Shown here piece by piece: positions 1-13,121 of a DNA stretch of 64,000 nucleotides. A model generated the notes under the pieces. That model did not search any database. It was not told where the DNA came from and saw only the letters and a program-made list of their open reading frames with translations. Origin of the DNA: Anaeramoeba ignava BMAN (lineage: Eukaryota; Protista; Anaeramoebae); the NCBI GenBank assembly GCA_028826165.1, contig JAPDFW010000065.1, positions 1 through 64,000 on the forward strand, given 5' to 3'. The number at the start of each line of letters is the position of its first letter. The first letter of the stretch is position 1. The position numbers were made by a program, and so were the translations under genes.

Positions 1-3000
1 TTTCATTTGGAATTCAGATCCATCTTATTTTTCTTTTGAAATTCCAAGTAATCGTAAAAATTCAGAAAATGGATTAATGATTTTCTCCTTTTAAAAAATG
101 GTTAGAAGAAAAAATGCCATTCTCTTCAAATGAATTTTCTTTTACAAATATAAACTTAATCAATCTTTTGAAATTATTGAAGATGATGAACATAAACAAA
201 AATGAACGAAGTTGCTCAATTTATTAAACATTGATTATTTCCAAGAATTTGAAAACAGAAAAATATTAAAGATGAAAAAGAAACTTTCAAATTTATTCAA
301 AAAGATTTTCAGAAAAAGCTTCCTGGTCAACCATTAACTTATAGATTAATAATGAATTTTACACAAATTTTGAAAAAGAATATTGATTTCTTGAAAGATT
401 ATTTTTCAATAGAAACTTTCAAAATAAAGATGAAACAATTATGAAGAAATATTTTTGGAAATTTATTGAAATTTTATTTCTTTTCAATTATTAATATTGT
501 GGCAAGATTTCTTAAATGGAGCACAAAAGATATTGATTCTAATTCAAATATTTTGGAATATTTTTCTACTTTATTAAAAAGAAAAGTTAAATGGGAAGAT
601 AGAATGCTTTATTTACCAATATTTTCAAATATTAGAGAAAATGATATTGAAATGAATTTAATAAGCAATCAAAAAATCAAAAATTTATTTGATCAAAACA
701 TTCAAAAATATTTTGATAAAAAACTAAATTTTTATGAAAATGATAAAAATGATAAAAATAATAAAAATAATAAAAATGATAAAAATAATAAAAATGATAA
801 AAATGATAAAAATGATAAAAATGATAAAAATGATAAAAATGATGAAAATGATATTCTACATCGAAATATAAAATTGTTTCATTCCTTAAATCCAAATCCA
901 AATCAAAATTTAAATTTAAAATCAATTATCGAAAACGAAAATCAAAATCAAAATCAAAATCAAAATCAAAATCAAAATCAAAATCAAAATCAAAATCAAA
1001 ATGAAAAAATAAGAGAATTTATATTCAATCCAATTAATATTATGAAACTTTTATATATCCAATTTAAATTATTTGCAAAACTTCCTGTTATTTTTGAAGG
1101 AGGAAATAAAAAAGAAAGATTATTTATGATTAAATATCTTTCTGAAGAAATTATGAAACAAAAAATATTGATTCAAAAAATCAAACCAGCAACAAAACCA
1201 GAAGAAATTATTAATATTATTACAACAGCTGAAAAATTTGTAACTCCAAGTTCACAAATCAATGTTTTCTTTGATGAAATTAATAGAGGATCAAAAGAAT
1301 GTATTATTTTATTGAAGGAAATTTTATTAGAACGTTATATTAAAGATACAAGGATATCAAATCAAATCAATTTATTAGCTTCAATTAAATCCTTTTCAGT
1401 AAACAAATATAATAAATATGGTAGCAAAGATCTAAATAAAAATAAATATCAAAGAAAAGAAATTGATAAAAACATCATTTCAAAATTACAAGTTATTCCT
1501 GATTCATTTTTTGAAGATATTTATGATTTTGGAAAATCAATTGAATCAGAAGAATCAATTACTTCTCTTATAATTTATAAAGTACTTGAAAAGCTTGAAA
1601 TATTTAAAAAATTAAAAGAAAATTCAATTACAAAAAGTGTAAATTTATTAATTAAAAGATTATTTTTATTTTATCAAGATTATATTCAAAATGAAAATGA
1701 TGAAAATTTAAATTTAAATGAAAATGAAAATGAAAATTTATCCATATTTCTCAAAATATTTAAATGGATTTTAAACAATGAGATTGATATAAAATTAGAA
1801 AATGAAAATGAAAATCAAAATCAAAATCAAAAAGAAAAAGAAAATGATATAGAATATTTATTTGAAAGAATTACAAAATCTATTTTGATTAGTTTATTTG
1901 TTGTTTATAAATCTAAATTCAAACCAAAATTAAATAAACAACAATTCTTTCAAAATCTAAAAGAATATCTCAAGAAATACAATGTTGGAGAAATTGGGGA
2001 ATATTTTAAAAAAATTGATATTCAAAAATATCTTGATTCAATGATAGAAAATTTAATTGAAAAACTTGATATTAAAGATAAAGCAGAAAAAAAACATATA
2101 GGAATTAATCAAAGATTGAAAGAAAATATTTTTTTCATATTTATTTGTTGTTTTAGTCAAATTCCTTTATATATAATTGGAGAATCAGGTAAAATCAAAA
2201 AACAAAAATCAAATTTATTTATTTATTTATTAATTTATTTAATAATAAATAGGAAGCTCAAAAGTAACAAGTCTTGAGTTTATTTTGGAATTATTCAATC
2301 AAAGAGATAAAGAAAATAAACCAAAATTTTCACTTTCACTTTCACTTCCACATTTAAAAGAATTTGAAATTCCAAGTAATAAATTAATTGAATCAAATAA
2401 AATTAAAGATATATTTAAGAAAATTAGTAAAGAAATTGATGAAAATACAATAAATGTTATCACATTAAAAGAAATTAATGTTTTGAAAAAGAAGTTTTAA
2501 TAACTTTTTGTTCTGAAATTGAAAATAATGAGTTGATAAAACCATCAGTAATAATTTTATCAAATTCTGAATTTCAATTACCAATTTTACATATCAAATT
2601 AAAATTGGAAAGAATGGAGACATATGAATTAGAACAAACAACAGAAAGTATTTTGAAATCATTTTCCAAAAACATTGCAGATTATCAAATCAAATTTTTG
2701 GTTAAAATTTTATCAGGAATTTATAGAAATGAAAGTAAAATAATTTCCAAACAATTTGTTCAAATATTAAAAGGAAGAAAACCTTCAAATCAAATTTATG
2801 GAATTCAAGATTATTATTCATTTATTAAAGATATTGGATATTCAATTTCAAATGAACAACAAAAAAAGCAATTTTCGGATATTTATTTTGAATCTCTTTT
2901 TAAACATTTTGGAATTAGAGAAAATATATTAAATAAAATCTTGAAACGTGAAAATATAGAAGAATTTATTGATATACCTAAATTTGATTTAATCAAATTA

Positions 3001-6000
3001 TTAAAAGAAATTAGCAATAATAATGATAATGACAACCTTGAAAAGATATCAAGACATTTGATGATATTTATTCCAGATGTTTCCATTTTCTCAATTCTTT
3101 ATGAAAATTTTTTCAATAATTCAGTTTTAATTTTTGAAACAAAAAAAGAAAATGAATTAAATTTTAATTTGGAGAAAATTGAAAAATGTGTACAAAATGG
3201 TGAAACATTAGTTATTTTTAATTATCAAAAAATATATAATGCAATATATGATTTATTGAAACAAAATTATAAAACTTATATTTATTCTTTAATTAATGAA
3301 AAAACAGAAAAAATTAATATTCATCCAAATTTCAAATTAATTATTATTACATCAAAAGCAATGAAATATGAATTCAATCAACCTTATTTATTAAGCTTTT
3401 TTGAGAAATATTATTTTGATCTTTCTTATTTTCAAAATTTGGAAAAATATTTAAATTTAAAGCAAAAAATTGAAACAGAGTTGATAAAACCAATAAAAAG
3501 ATACAAAAATGAAATTAGTAATGAAGAATTAATTATTGGATATAATGAAAATTTGATATATTCACTTATTTTAAAGTATCAAAAAGAAGAAGAAAAAGAA
3601 AAGAAAATATTGAAATTAGTGAAAAATAAATTAATTGAATTTTTTAAAATTGAACAAATGATTGAAATTTATTTATTAAATCAAAAACAAGAGCCACAAA
3701 AACAAAAATCTTCATTATCCAAAACTAAAAAGAAATAGAGATTGATCAAGCTCAAAAAGATTGAAGAAAATATAAAATATTATTTTACCAAATTTGAAAG
3801 AGAATTTAGTGAATTATTTCAAGAAGAAATTGTAAAAAAGAAAAAGAAATGGATCATTATTACACAATATGAAGAAATTGATATTCAAAATATTCAAAAA
3901 CAAAATACTGATTATTCATTTCAAATTGAATATTTAGAAAAATTAAAAACAAAAGAATATTTAATTCAAAAATCCAAGATGAACAAAAATGATAAATTTG
4001 TGTTATTTATTGATGTTAAACAAAATGAAATGAAGAGTTTTTATGAAATGAAAAATGATGATTGATCACAAATTTTCTGAAAGCAATAACAACAATAATG
4101 AAAATGAAAATGAAAATGAAAAACAATAATAATAATAATAATGAAATTGAAAATGAAAATGAAAATTTGATTATATCAAAAGGAAAAAGTTGTTATGTGA
4201 TATTCATTATTCATTTATTACCAAATTATAAAAAGATTTAATTTTAGTTTTAATTTTGAAAAATTGGGAATATTCATATCTTGATACATTTACAAAAGAA
4301 GTAGACATTCCAAATCCAAATTCAACAGAATTAATAGATTATTTCGAAGAATTAAAAAAATTTGGAAAATTAAAATCAATTTGTGAGCAAGTATTTAAAA
4401 TAGCTCTTTCAAGAATAATTGATTTAACACAAGAAATTTTCAAAAAAAACAATTTAATAAAACAAAAAATTTTGGGAAATCAATCAGATAATTTTTTCAA
4501 TGAAATAAAGACAATTATAAAAGAAAATGATTATAGTTCTGAATGGGATTTAAAAAAATTATCAAAACAAAATAATGGAGGATCATTCCAAAATTTTATA
4601 TTGAAAAAATTTAAATATGTTATTATTGAAGTTATGGAAAACTTTTTAGAAAATCAAAATCAAAATCAAAATCAAAATGAATTACAAATGAATGAAAAAG
4701 AAAATATTTTGGAAAATAATGAAAAACAGATGATGATTGATAAAATATCCAAAGAATTAATTGAAAGATTATTTTGTGAAGAATCTGGTTATCAAAAAAT
4801 TTACATTTGTAAACCATCTCAAAAAGCAAAAAAATTGATTTATTTAACACTTGAAGAAAATATAAATGAGAAAAAATGTAATATTTGTGGGAAAAGATTA
4901 AGAGCAGATCAAACACATTTCCAAAAAATACGAGAAAGGAATATTCAAAAATACAGGAAAGAAATTGAAGATGTTTTCCAAAAATTTGGAGAATATTTAA
5001 TAGATTATTCAGAATTCATTTCACAAAAATTCATTTTAGAAAAGGAAACAAAAGGAAATTTTGAGTTTCAATTAATAGACAAATTTGAAGAATATTTAAA
5101 AGAAAAAGGAATAATGTTTTCAATGATGAATATGGAAAATATGTTTTATTTGATACACGAAAAAATGTTGAGGAATTTATTTTCTATAATAAAAGAAAAT
5201 CAAGAATACCAACAAGAATTATTGGAATTTATTGATAAAAAGATGAGTGAAAAGAATTTAAAAATAATAAGAACAAATCCAGAAAATGCTATTCTTTATT
5301 CATGTGTTAAAGTTATAAATGAAGATGAAAAATTACAAAAAATTATAATCTTAAATAATAATAATAATAAACAATTATTATCAAAAGAAAATAAGCCAAT
5401 AAATATAATAGTGGCTTATATCCAAGATGGATTTCCTCTTTCTAAAATTATCAAATTTATACGAAAACGCAATCAATGTTTAAATAAACCAAAGAAATTT
5501 ACTTCAAGATTCAAAAATAGTTTATCGAAAAAAACAGGGCAAGAATGGTTAAAGTTTATTTTTAATGAAATTGAAAAATCAAAAGGAAGATTACAGTTGA
5601 TACATTTTATCCAAAATGAAATTCCTGAAAAGTTAAAAAATAATTCAATTTCACAATCTATTTTATTATCAATAAAAGAAAATTTGATTAGAATTAATAT
5701 TCAAGAAAAGAAAAAAGAAACTTCATTACTATATTATTATGAAAAAAAACAAATGGGAAATGATTTATCAACACAGTTCCAAAAATCTCATGTTTCATTT
5801 CCTTCTGAATATAATACAAGTTATCTTCTTTCAAAAATTTATTCTCATTTTTGGAATATTGAAAAACAATTTGAAAGCAAAGAAGTATTCAAAATGGCAA
5901 TTCATTCTATTGAATTTCTTAATTATTTAAAACTTGAACCTTTTGGATTTTTATTTTCATCAGATCTATTATTTGAAGTTGGAGAAGAAGGATTAAAAAA

Positions 6001-8284
6001 AGAAAAACTTGAAAATTTATATTGGCCAACAATGGGATCTCATCCATTCAATAAAGAATTTAGAAAAGAAACAAAAAATTGGAAAATTTGTGAAAAAGGG
6101 CATTTGAATTTTATTAAATTTTCCAAACTTAAATTACAAAATTGGTGTGAATTTTGCAAATCAAAATTACAAGAAAAGGAAATTAAACAGAATTTTTTTG
6201 AAAATTTATTATCTTATTCAGTTTCCAAATTTCCTAATGAAAATATAGGATATACATTAAGAAGAATGAACCCAATTACTTTCAGAATAATTCGATTATT
6301 GATGCATTTATCTATTATTTCTGTTTCAATAATATCTGATAAGTTTTCTAATTTTTTCATTCAGCTTATCAATAATTGTGTTTTTAAACCGAAAAGCAAA
6401 GAAGAATTAATTCAACAATTATTTGGTCATATTCAGAATGATTTAACGATTTTATCAAAATTAATCAATACTCCAATTAATAGAGCAATTTATTATTTCC
6501 ATGAAACATTAAATATATTATTAGATTTGAAAATTCCAAAGTTGTTACTAAATAAAGATTTTTTTAAGGAAACTGAAGCAAGAAACTCATTTGAAACATT
6601 TTTCAATAATGTTGTTAATGAAAAACATCAATTTATAATGAATAAAATCAAAAATAAAGCAGAAGATTTAATTTGGAGAAAATTACAACAAAAATCCCAA
6701 AAATTAAATTTATTTGATTTACCAAAACCAGATTTCTATTCAATAATCAATTTATTTTATCAACAAAAAACAACAGAAAAAAAAGATAATTATCCATTGA
6801 TTGAGTTTATAATTTCAAATCAAAAAAATTTGATGATATTGAATTTATTTGAAGGATTTATGAAATTTGCAAATTTTTTAATTAAAAAATTAACTGAAAA
6901 GATCAAAAAAGAGAAATCAAATCAAATTACTATCAAAGAATTAATTGAAAAGATCAAAAAAGAGAAATCAAATCAAATTACTATCAAAGAAATATTTGAA
7001 AATGAAAAAGAAGAGAAATCAAATCAAATTACTATCAAAGAAATATTTGAAAATGAAAAAGAGAAATCAAATCAAATTACTATCAAAGAATTATTTGAAA
7101 ATGAAAAAGAAGATGTTCAAGAATATTTTTCATCATTTAAAAAATTTTGGGAACTTATTATATCAGAAGTAAAATATTTAATGGTTTTAAAAGATATTAA
7201 AAATGAATCGAATATTCCAATTAAAATAAATGAAATAAACTTCATTGATTATTGCTTAACAGAAAAAAAGATTTACAATTTAATGATTTCAATATTTATT
7301 GATCATTCAATAAATATTCATAATGAAATGATTGAATCACCATTATTACAAAATCTTTTCCAAAAATTGGAAGAAAAAGAAAAAGAAAAAGAATTTTCTG
7401 AAATTCAATTAGATTTACCATTTTTAGAAACTGAAGTTGATTTTACAAAATTTGTTCGTTTTGATTTTGAAGAATTTAGCAGATTTATTTACATTGGAGA
7501 GTTAAATAATGAATTGAATTTAATTGAAGAATATATTTTCAAGAAATTAAGTTATTTAAAGAAATTTAAATATTACAAAAATGTGATTGAAGACTTTCAA
7601 TTTTTAAATGAAAAACCTGAAATTAAAACAGAATTCCTTGAAACTGAAGAATGGAAACAAGAGAAATTAAAAAAATTTCATTTATTTAAAATCAAAGAAG
7701 AATTAACAAGAAATAATTTAAACAAAACAATTCTTGAATTAATTAAATTTGTGATTTCAAGTTGCAAGAGAATTAACATGAAGAAAAATACAGAAGAAAA
7801 GAGACAAGAATTGAGAGAAATGGGAATTATGGATTTTTTTCAAAAAAAAATTGAAAGTGAAAATTTTACTGGAATTAATCAAGCAAAATTAATTGAATTC
7901 TCAAAATTTGTGAAATTGAAACATTTATTATTTATTTGGAATGATTTGAAAATTGATTTTGAAACCGTTTTAGAGAATTTACCAAAAAAATTTAGAATAG
8001 AATTAACATCTTTTCAAGCTTTAGAATTGGAAAATTCTATTAAAAAAATGAAAGAAACTAATCAATTTTTTGAATATTTAAAGGAATTTCTTATAAAACT
8101 TAATGATAATATTAATCCAGCATATTCATTTCGGGATTTATTTCTTTTTTCAATTGAAGAAAAAGAATCAAATGTTTATAAAGAAATTGAAGAAAAATTT
8201 GATATTGAACACAAATTTTTAATATCAAATTCACTTGAAATTTTTAAATCAATTGAAAGAACTTTAAGGAAACGAACAAATTAA
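1..8284 (+). CDS. RNF213/mysterin-like giant AAA+ ATPase / E3 ligase, 5'-truncated by the window. Has an intron at ~2189-2252 and several apparent frameshifts at homopolymer runs.
   Basis: The ORF chain 466-8284 carries RNF213-type motifs in the expected order: LPVIFEG, VFFDEIN, spliced IPLYIIGESG/SSKVTSL, IQDYYSFIK, SRHLMIF, an RZ-finger-like CEKGH...CEFC, and PITFRIIRLLMHL. Frame breaks near 2490, 3730 and 4055 lie at or next to A/T runs. Confidence 0.75.
6897..7110 (+). repeat. In-frame tandem repeat, 4 copies of ~51-60 nt, encoding EKSNQITIKE(L/I)xE
   Basis: gagaaatcaaatcaaattactatcaaagaa recurs at ~6911, 6962, 7013 and 7061. Confidence 0.9.
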
Positions 8285-8467
8285 TCCATTTTTTTTTAAT
8301 CTTTTTTTAATCCATTTTTTTTTAATCCATTTTTTTTAATCTTTTTTTAATCCATTTTTTTTTAATCCATTTTTTTAATCTTTTTTTAATCCATTTTTTT
8401 TTAATCACAATTTTATTAAAAAATTAAACAAAAAAAAAAGAAAAAATAAAAAGAAAAAATCACAAAT

Positions 8468-10232
8468 TTAACAACAATTTTTTTTTTCTTTTCTTTTCTC
8501 TTTTTCTTCCAATTTAGAAATTGAAACAATACCAAAATTATGATCCAAATTTTCTGGAATTTTTGCATGAACTGAAGGTAACATTTCAGCTAAAAAAAAA
8601 AACCAAATAAAGAAAAAAATTTGATGAGAATTTTGTTTATTTTTTTTTTGATGAGAATTTTGCTTATTTCTTTTTTTTTGATGAGAATTTTGCTTATTAT
8701 TTTTTTTACCAATTTTCATAAATAAATCTTCAACATGTTCTCCTGTTTTTGCTGATGTTTCTAAGAATATTAAATTATTTTTTAAAGCATATTCTTGTGC
8801 AACTTTCATTTTAACTTCTCTATATTCATTTAAATCTGATTTATTTCCAATTAAAGCAATAACAAGATCTTCATCTCCATGTCTTTTCATTTCATCAACC
8901 CATCTTTCTGCTTCATGAAAACTTTTCTATTTAATTAATTTTATTTATTTAATTTTATAATATATTTTTTTTTGATTTAATTTATATTTAATTTATATTT
9001 AATTTATATTTAGTTTTAATAATTTAATTTAATTTATATTTAATTTATATTTAATTTAATTTTAATTTAATTTTTTGATTTAATTTTATTTGATTTAATT
9101 TATATATAATTTATATTTAATTTTATTTTATATTTAATTTATATTTAATTTATATTTTATTTTTTAATTTTGATTTAATTTATATTTAATTTATATTTAA
9201 TTTTTTATATTTAATTTAGATTTTTAATTTTATATTTAATTTTTTTTAATTTAATTTATATTTAATTTATATTTAATTTATATTTAATTTATTTATTTAA
9301 TTTATATTTAATTTTATATTTAATTTAGATTTTAATTTTATATTTTAATTTATATTTAATTTTTATATTTATTTTGATTTTATTTAGATTTAATTTATAT
9401 TTAATTTATATTTAATTTATTTATTTAATTTATTATTTTAATTTATATTTAATTTTTGATTTAATTTATTTATTTTAATTTATTTTATTTAATTTATATT
9501 TAATTTATATTTAATTTAATTTATTTAATTTTGATTTAATTTATATTTAATTTTGATTTAATTTATATTTAATTTAGATTTAAATTTATTTTAATTTTTG
9601 ATTTAATTTTGATTTTATTTATATTTTGATTTAATTTTGATTTAATTTATATTTAATTTTGATTTAATTTATATTTAATTTATAATTTAATTTATATTTG
9701 ATTTATATTTAATTTAATTTATATTTAATTTTGATTTAATTTATATTTAATTTATATTTAATTTATAATATAATTTAATTTTGATTTAATTTTGATTTAA
9801 TTTAATATATAATTTATAATATGATTTAATTTGATCATTTTGAGAAATTTGATCAAAACTTTTTGAGTAATATCATAAACAATAATTGCTGCTCTAGAAT
9901 TTCTATAATAAATTGGGGCTAAACTTTGAAACCTTTCTTGACCAGCAGTATCCCAAATTGAAAAATGAACATCTTTATCTGCAACATGAACAGATTTTGT
10001 GAAGCATTTTGCTTAAATTATATAAATAAAGATTTTTTTAATCGATTTTTTTAATTGATTTTTTTAATTGATTTTTTTAATTGATTTTTTTAAATTAAAA
10101 AATACCACCAACTGTTGATAATTCTAAATCATGAAATTCATTATGAGTAAATCTAAGTGCAAGTGAAGTTTTTCCAACTCCAGAATCTCCAAGAATTACA
10201 ATTTTAGAAGCATTTGGAGTTACAAAAGTCAT
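8468..10232 (-). CDS. Rab5/Rab22-family small GTPase (4 exons)
   Basis: Spliced protein [24 protein letters not shown]...[12 protein letters not shown]...[38 protein letters not shown]...GNKSDL...ETSAKTG...NCC*. Introns are GT-AG and the C-terminus has a CC prenylation motif. Confidence 0.9.
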
Positions 10233-10324
10233 TTTCAATAATTAATAAAAATGAAAAAAAAGAAAAAAATGAAAAAAAAATTATTAAAAAAAAAATTCAT
10301 TTTTCTATTTTTTTTCTTTTCTAA

Positions 10325-11344
10325 ATGTTTTCTTCAATTCATTTCTTTTTAATTTTTTTAGTTTTATTTACCATTACACCTCAAAACTCATTAGAAAAAC
10401 AATCCACTGATTTTACATTCAAAAATCCGTTTCAAGAAATTTATGAATTTTTACTAAAAAATTTGAAATTTTCTGGATTAGCGGGAATTTATTCAGAAAT
10501 TAAACAGGAAGAAGAAGAAAAAGAAAAAAAAGGGAATAAGGAAAATTACATAGACAAAGAACCTAAGATTATTACAAGCGAGATACCTTTATCTTTGACT
10601 GAAGAAAATTGCAGTGGATATGGGCAAATTGTAATTGTTGATAATCAAACACAATGTGCATGTCCATTGGATCGAGTTGGATATCTTTGTCAGCTGCCTA
10701 GAAAGACAGCATGCAGCGTGGAAATGATAAGTCCCGAACTCTCTTGCAAACTTTCTATTGATGGATCAAAAAATAAAGGGTTTGATGGCGCAATTGGATT
10801 GCCTTGTTTAATTTATGACCCAAATGCAATTATTCAATTTGAATTTTTAATGAATTGCAATTTTTCTGAAGAAAATAATCAAACCGTTGAAAATGTCACT
10901 TTTGATTATTTTGTCAAAAATCCAGATGATAGTTTTGCTCTTTCTCGAGAACCCAAAACAGATCAAAAATTATCTTTCAAAATTTTCAACTTTAATCAAA
11001 TTAGTGATGATTCTTTTAAGTTTTTTCTTGAAATGTTAAATACTAGTTTTATTGGTCAAACTGGCATTTTTTTCAATCTTTCTGTTCATGATATTCCGAA
11101 TTATTTTTATACTGGTTTCCGTTTGTATTTTGAGTCAAAATCTAATTTACCTGAATCTCAATCTGGAATTTATTCCCAATTTATTGATATTACTGGAAAA
11201 TTTGCTTTTCATGAAAATAATAACAAATCTAAATTAAAATTTCTTTTTTTTCTTCTTTTAATTCCTGTTATTGCTTTTTTTGTTATTTTTTTTGTAATCA
11301 GAAAGAAAAAAGCAAAATCAAAAATTAAAATCAAAACATCATAA
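10325..11344 (+). CDS. Type I membrane protein with signal peptide, EGF-like cysteine module and C-terminal TM helix
   Basis: Intronless 339-aa ORF with a hydrophobic N-terminus, CSGYG...CACPLDRVGYLC, and FLFFLLLIPVIAFFVIFFVI followed by RKKK. Confidence 0.75.
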   Translation: MFSSIHFFLIFLVLFTITPQNSLEKQSTDFTFKNPFQEIYEFLLKNLKFSGLAGIYSEIKQEEEEKEKKGNKENYIDKEPKIITSEIPLSLTEENCSGYGQIVIVDNQTQCACPLDRVGYLCQLPRKTACSVEMISPELSCKLSIDGSKNKGFDGAIGLPCLIYDPNAIIQFEFLMNCNFSEENNQTVENVTFDYFVKNPDDSFALSREPKTDQKLSFKIFNFNQISDDSFKFFLEMLNTSFIGQTGIFFNLSVHDIPNYFYTGFRLYFESKSNLPESQSGIYSQFIDITGKFAFHENNNKSKLKFLFFLLLIPVIAFFVIFFVIRKKKAKSKIKIKTS

Positions 11345-11396
11345 TTTTTAATAAAAGATTTTAATAAAAGATTTTAATAAAAAAATATTTCTCAAT

Positions 11397-11968
11397 TCAT
11401 TTGTTTTCTTCTTTCTTTTCTTCTTTTTCTTCATTCATTTCAACTTTTTCTTCATTCATTTTCTTTTCTTTTTCAAATTTAAGAAAATTTCTTGTTGAGA
11501 ACTTTAAAGAATTTCCAGTTTGATTACTAAAACAAAACATAAATATCAATTTAATAAATAAAATAAAAAATATCAATTTAATAAATAAAATAAAAATATC
11601 AATTTAACAAAATAAAATAAAAAATTAGATCAAATATTTAAATATTTTTTATTTATTTTAATAAAGAGAATTTTTTTTTTATAAAATTTTTCTCAATTAC
11701 TTGGATTGAAAACCTCTTAAAATTTGTGTTGTTGGACTTAGAATATCTGTTGGACTACAATTTCTAATTGTATTTTTTTGTAAATTAAATGATCATTTTT
11801 AATAAGTTTTTAAAAAAATCAATTTAAAAAATCAATTTTTAAAAAATCGAAAAAAATTCTTTTAATTTTTCTATTTATTATTTTCTTTTTAAATTTTAAA
11901 TTTTACTTTGGAATTCGTTTGTTTTGAGCTATTTCATTCGTTTCGATCGTCAATTCTTTTGAAGACAT
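11397..11968 (-). CDS. Small Spo12-family-like protein (3 exons, absent from the ORF track)
   Basis: Spliced MSSKELTIETNEIAQNKRIPK/NCSPTDILSPTTQILRGFQSN/NQTGNSLKF...NK*. SPTDILSPTTQIL matches the Spo12 double-SP motif (SPTDxxxSPCSxKL). Confidence 0.6.
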
Positions 11969-12099
11969 TTATATTTATTTTTTTTTTTCTGATTAATAAA
12001 AAATAAAAAAAAAAAAAAGAAAAATAAAAATTTCAAAAAAAAAAAATAAAAAGAAGAATGGAAAAAATTTTTTTTTTTTTAATTTTTTTTTATTAAAAT

Positions 12100-13025
12100 A
12101 AAGTTCCAAAACTTACATTTTCTTATTTAATTAATTTTAAATAAAAATATTTATTAATTCTTTATTATTATTAATTAAAAAAAAAGATAAATCTTTTTTA
12201 AATTGATAAATAATATTTTTTTATTTGATTTTATTTTATTAATTTTTATTAATTTTTATTAAAATAAAAGTTTCAAATTTTACATTTTTTTTTCTTATTT
12301 ATTTAATTTTAAATAAAAATATTTATTAATTCTTTATTATTAATAATTAAAAAGATAAATCTCTTTTCAAATTGATAAATAATATTTTTATTTGATTTTA
12401 TTTTTATTAATTTTTATTAATAATTTTATTAATTAAATTTATCTTTTTTAAAACATAAATTCTTTTATTTATTTAATTAATTTTTAAATAAAAATATTTA
12501 TTAATCCTTTATTATTTATTATTAATTAAAAAGATAAATCTTTTTAGGGGGGTAAATTGATAAATAAAATTTTTATTTGATTTTATTTTTATTAATTTTT
12601 TTAAATAAATAATTTTTATAAGAAATTTTAATTTTAAAACATAAATTTTCTTATTTAATTAATTTTAAATAAAAATATTTATTAATTCTTTATTATTATT
12701 AATTAAAAAAAAAGATAAATCTTTTTTAAATTGATAAATAATATTTTTTTATTTGATTTTATTTTTATTAATTTTTTATTAATAATTTTTATTAGAAATT
12801 TAATTTTAAAACATAAATTTTCTTATTTAATTAATTTTAAATAAAAATATTTATTAATTCTTTATTATTATTAATTAAAAAAAAAGATAAATCTTTATTA
12901 AATTAATAAATAATATTTTTTTATTTGATTTTATTTTTATTAATTTTTTATTAATAATTTTTTATAAGAAATTTAATTTTAAAATATAAATTTTCTTATT
13001 TAATTAATTTTAAATAAAAATATTT
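12100..13025. repeat. Degenerate ~175-bp tandem repeat, about 5 copies, intergenic
   Basis: The block ttcttatttaattaattttaaataaaaatatttattaattctttattatt...aagataaatc recurs at ~12120, 12292, 12462, 12648, 12820 and 12992. Confidence 0.8.
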
Positions 13026-13121
13026 GGAAATAATTGATTTGGATTATTTTTAATTTTTTTAATTTTTTTCATTTTTTTCATTTTTTTTCATTTTTTTTCA
13101 TTTTTTTCATTTTCTAATTTA

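Noticed and set aside
1-4260. Frame breaks and an in-frame TAG (3736-38) in the RNF213-like gene as programmed frameshifting, readthrough or an alternative genetic code
   Set aside because: The breaks sit at A/T homopolymers and are fixed by single-base indels; two compensating ones flank the TAG. TAA, TAG and TGA all terminate conserved genes here. Long-read assembly error is the simplest explanation, though pseudogenisation is not excluded.
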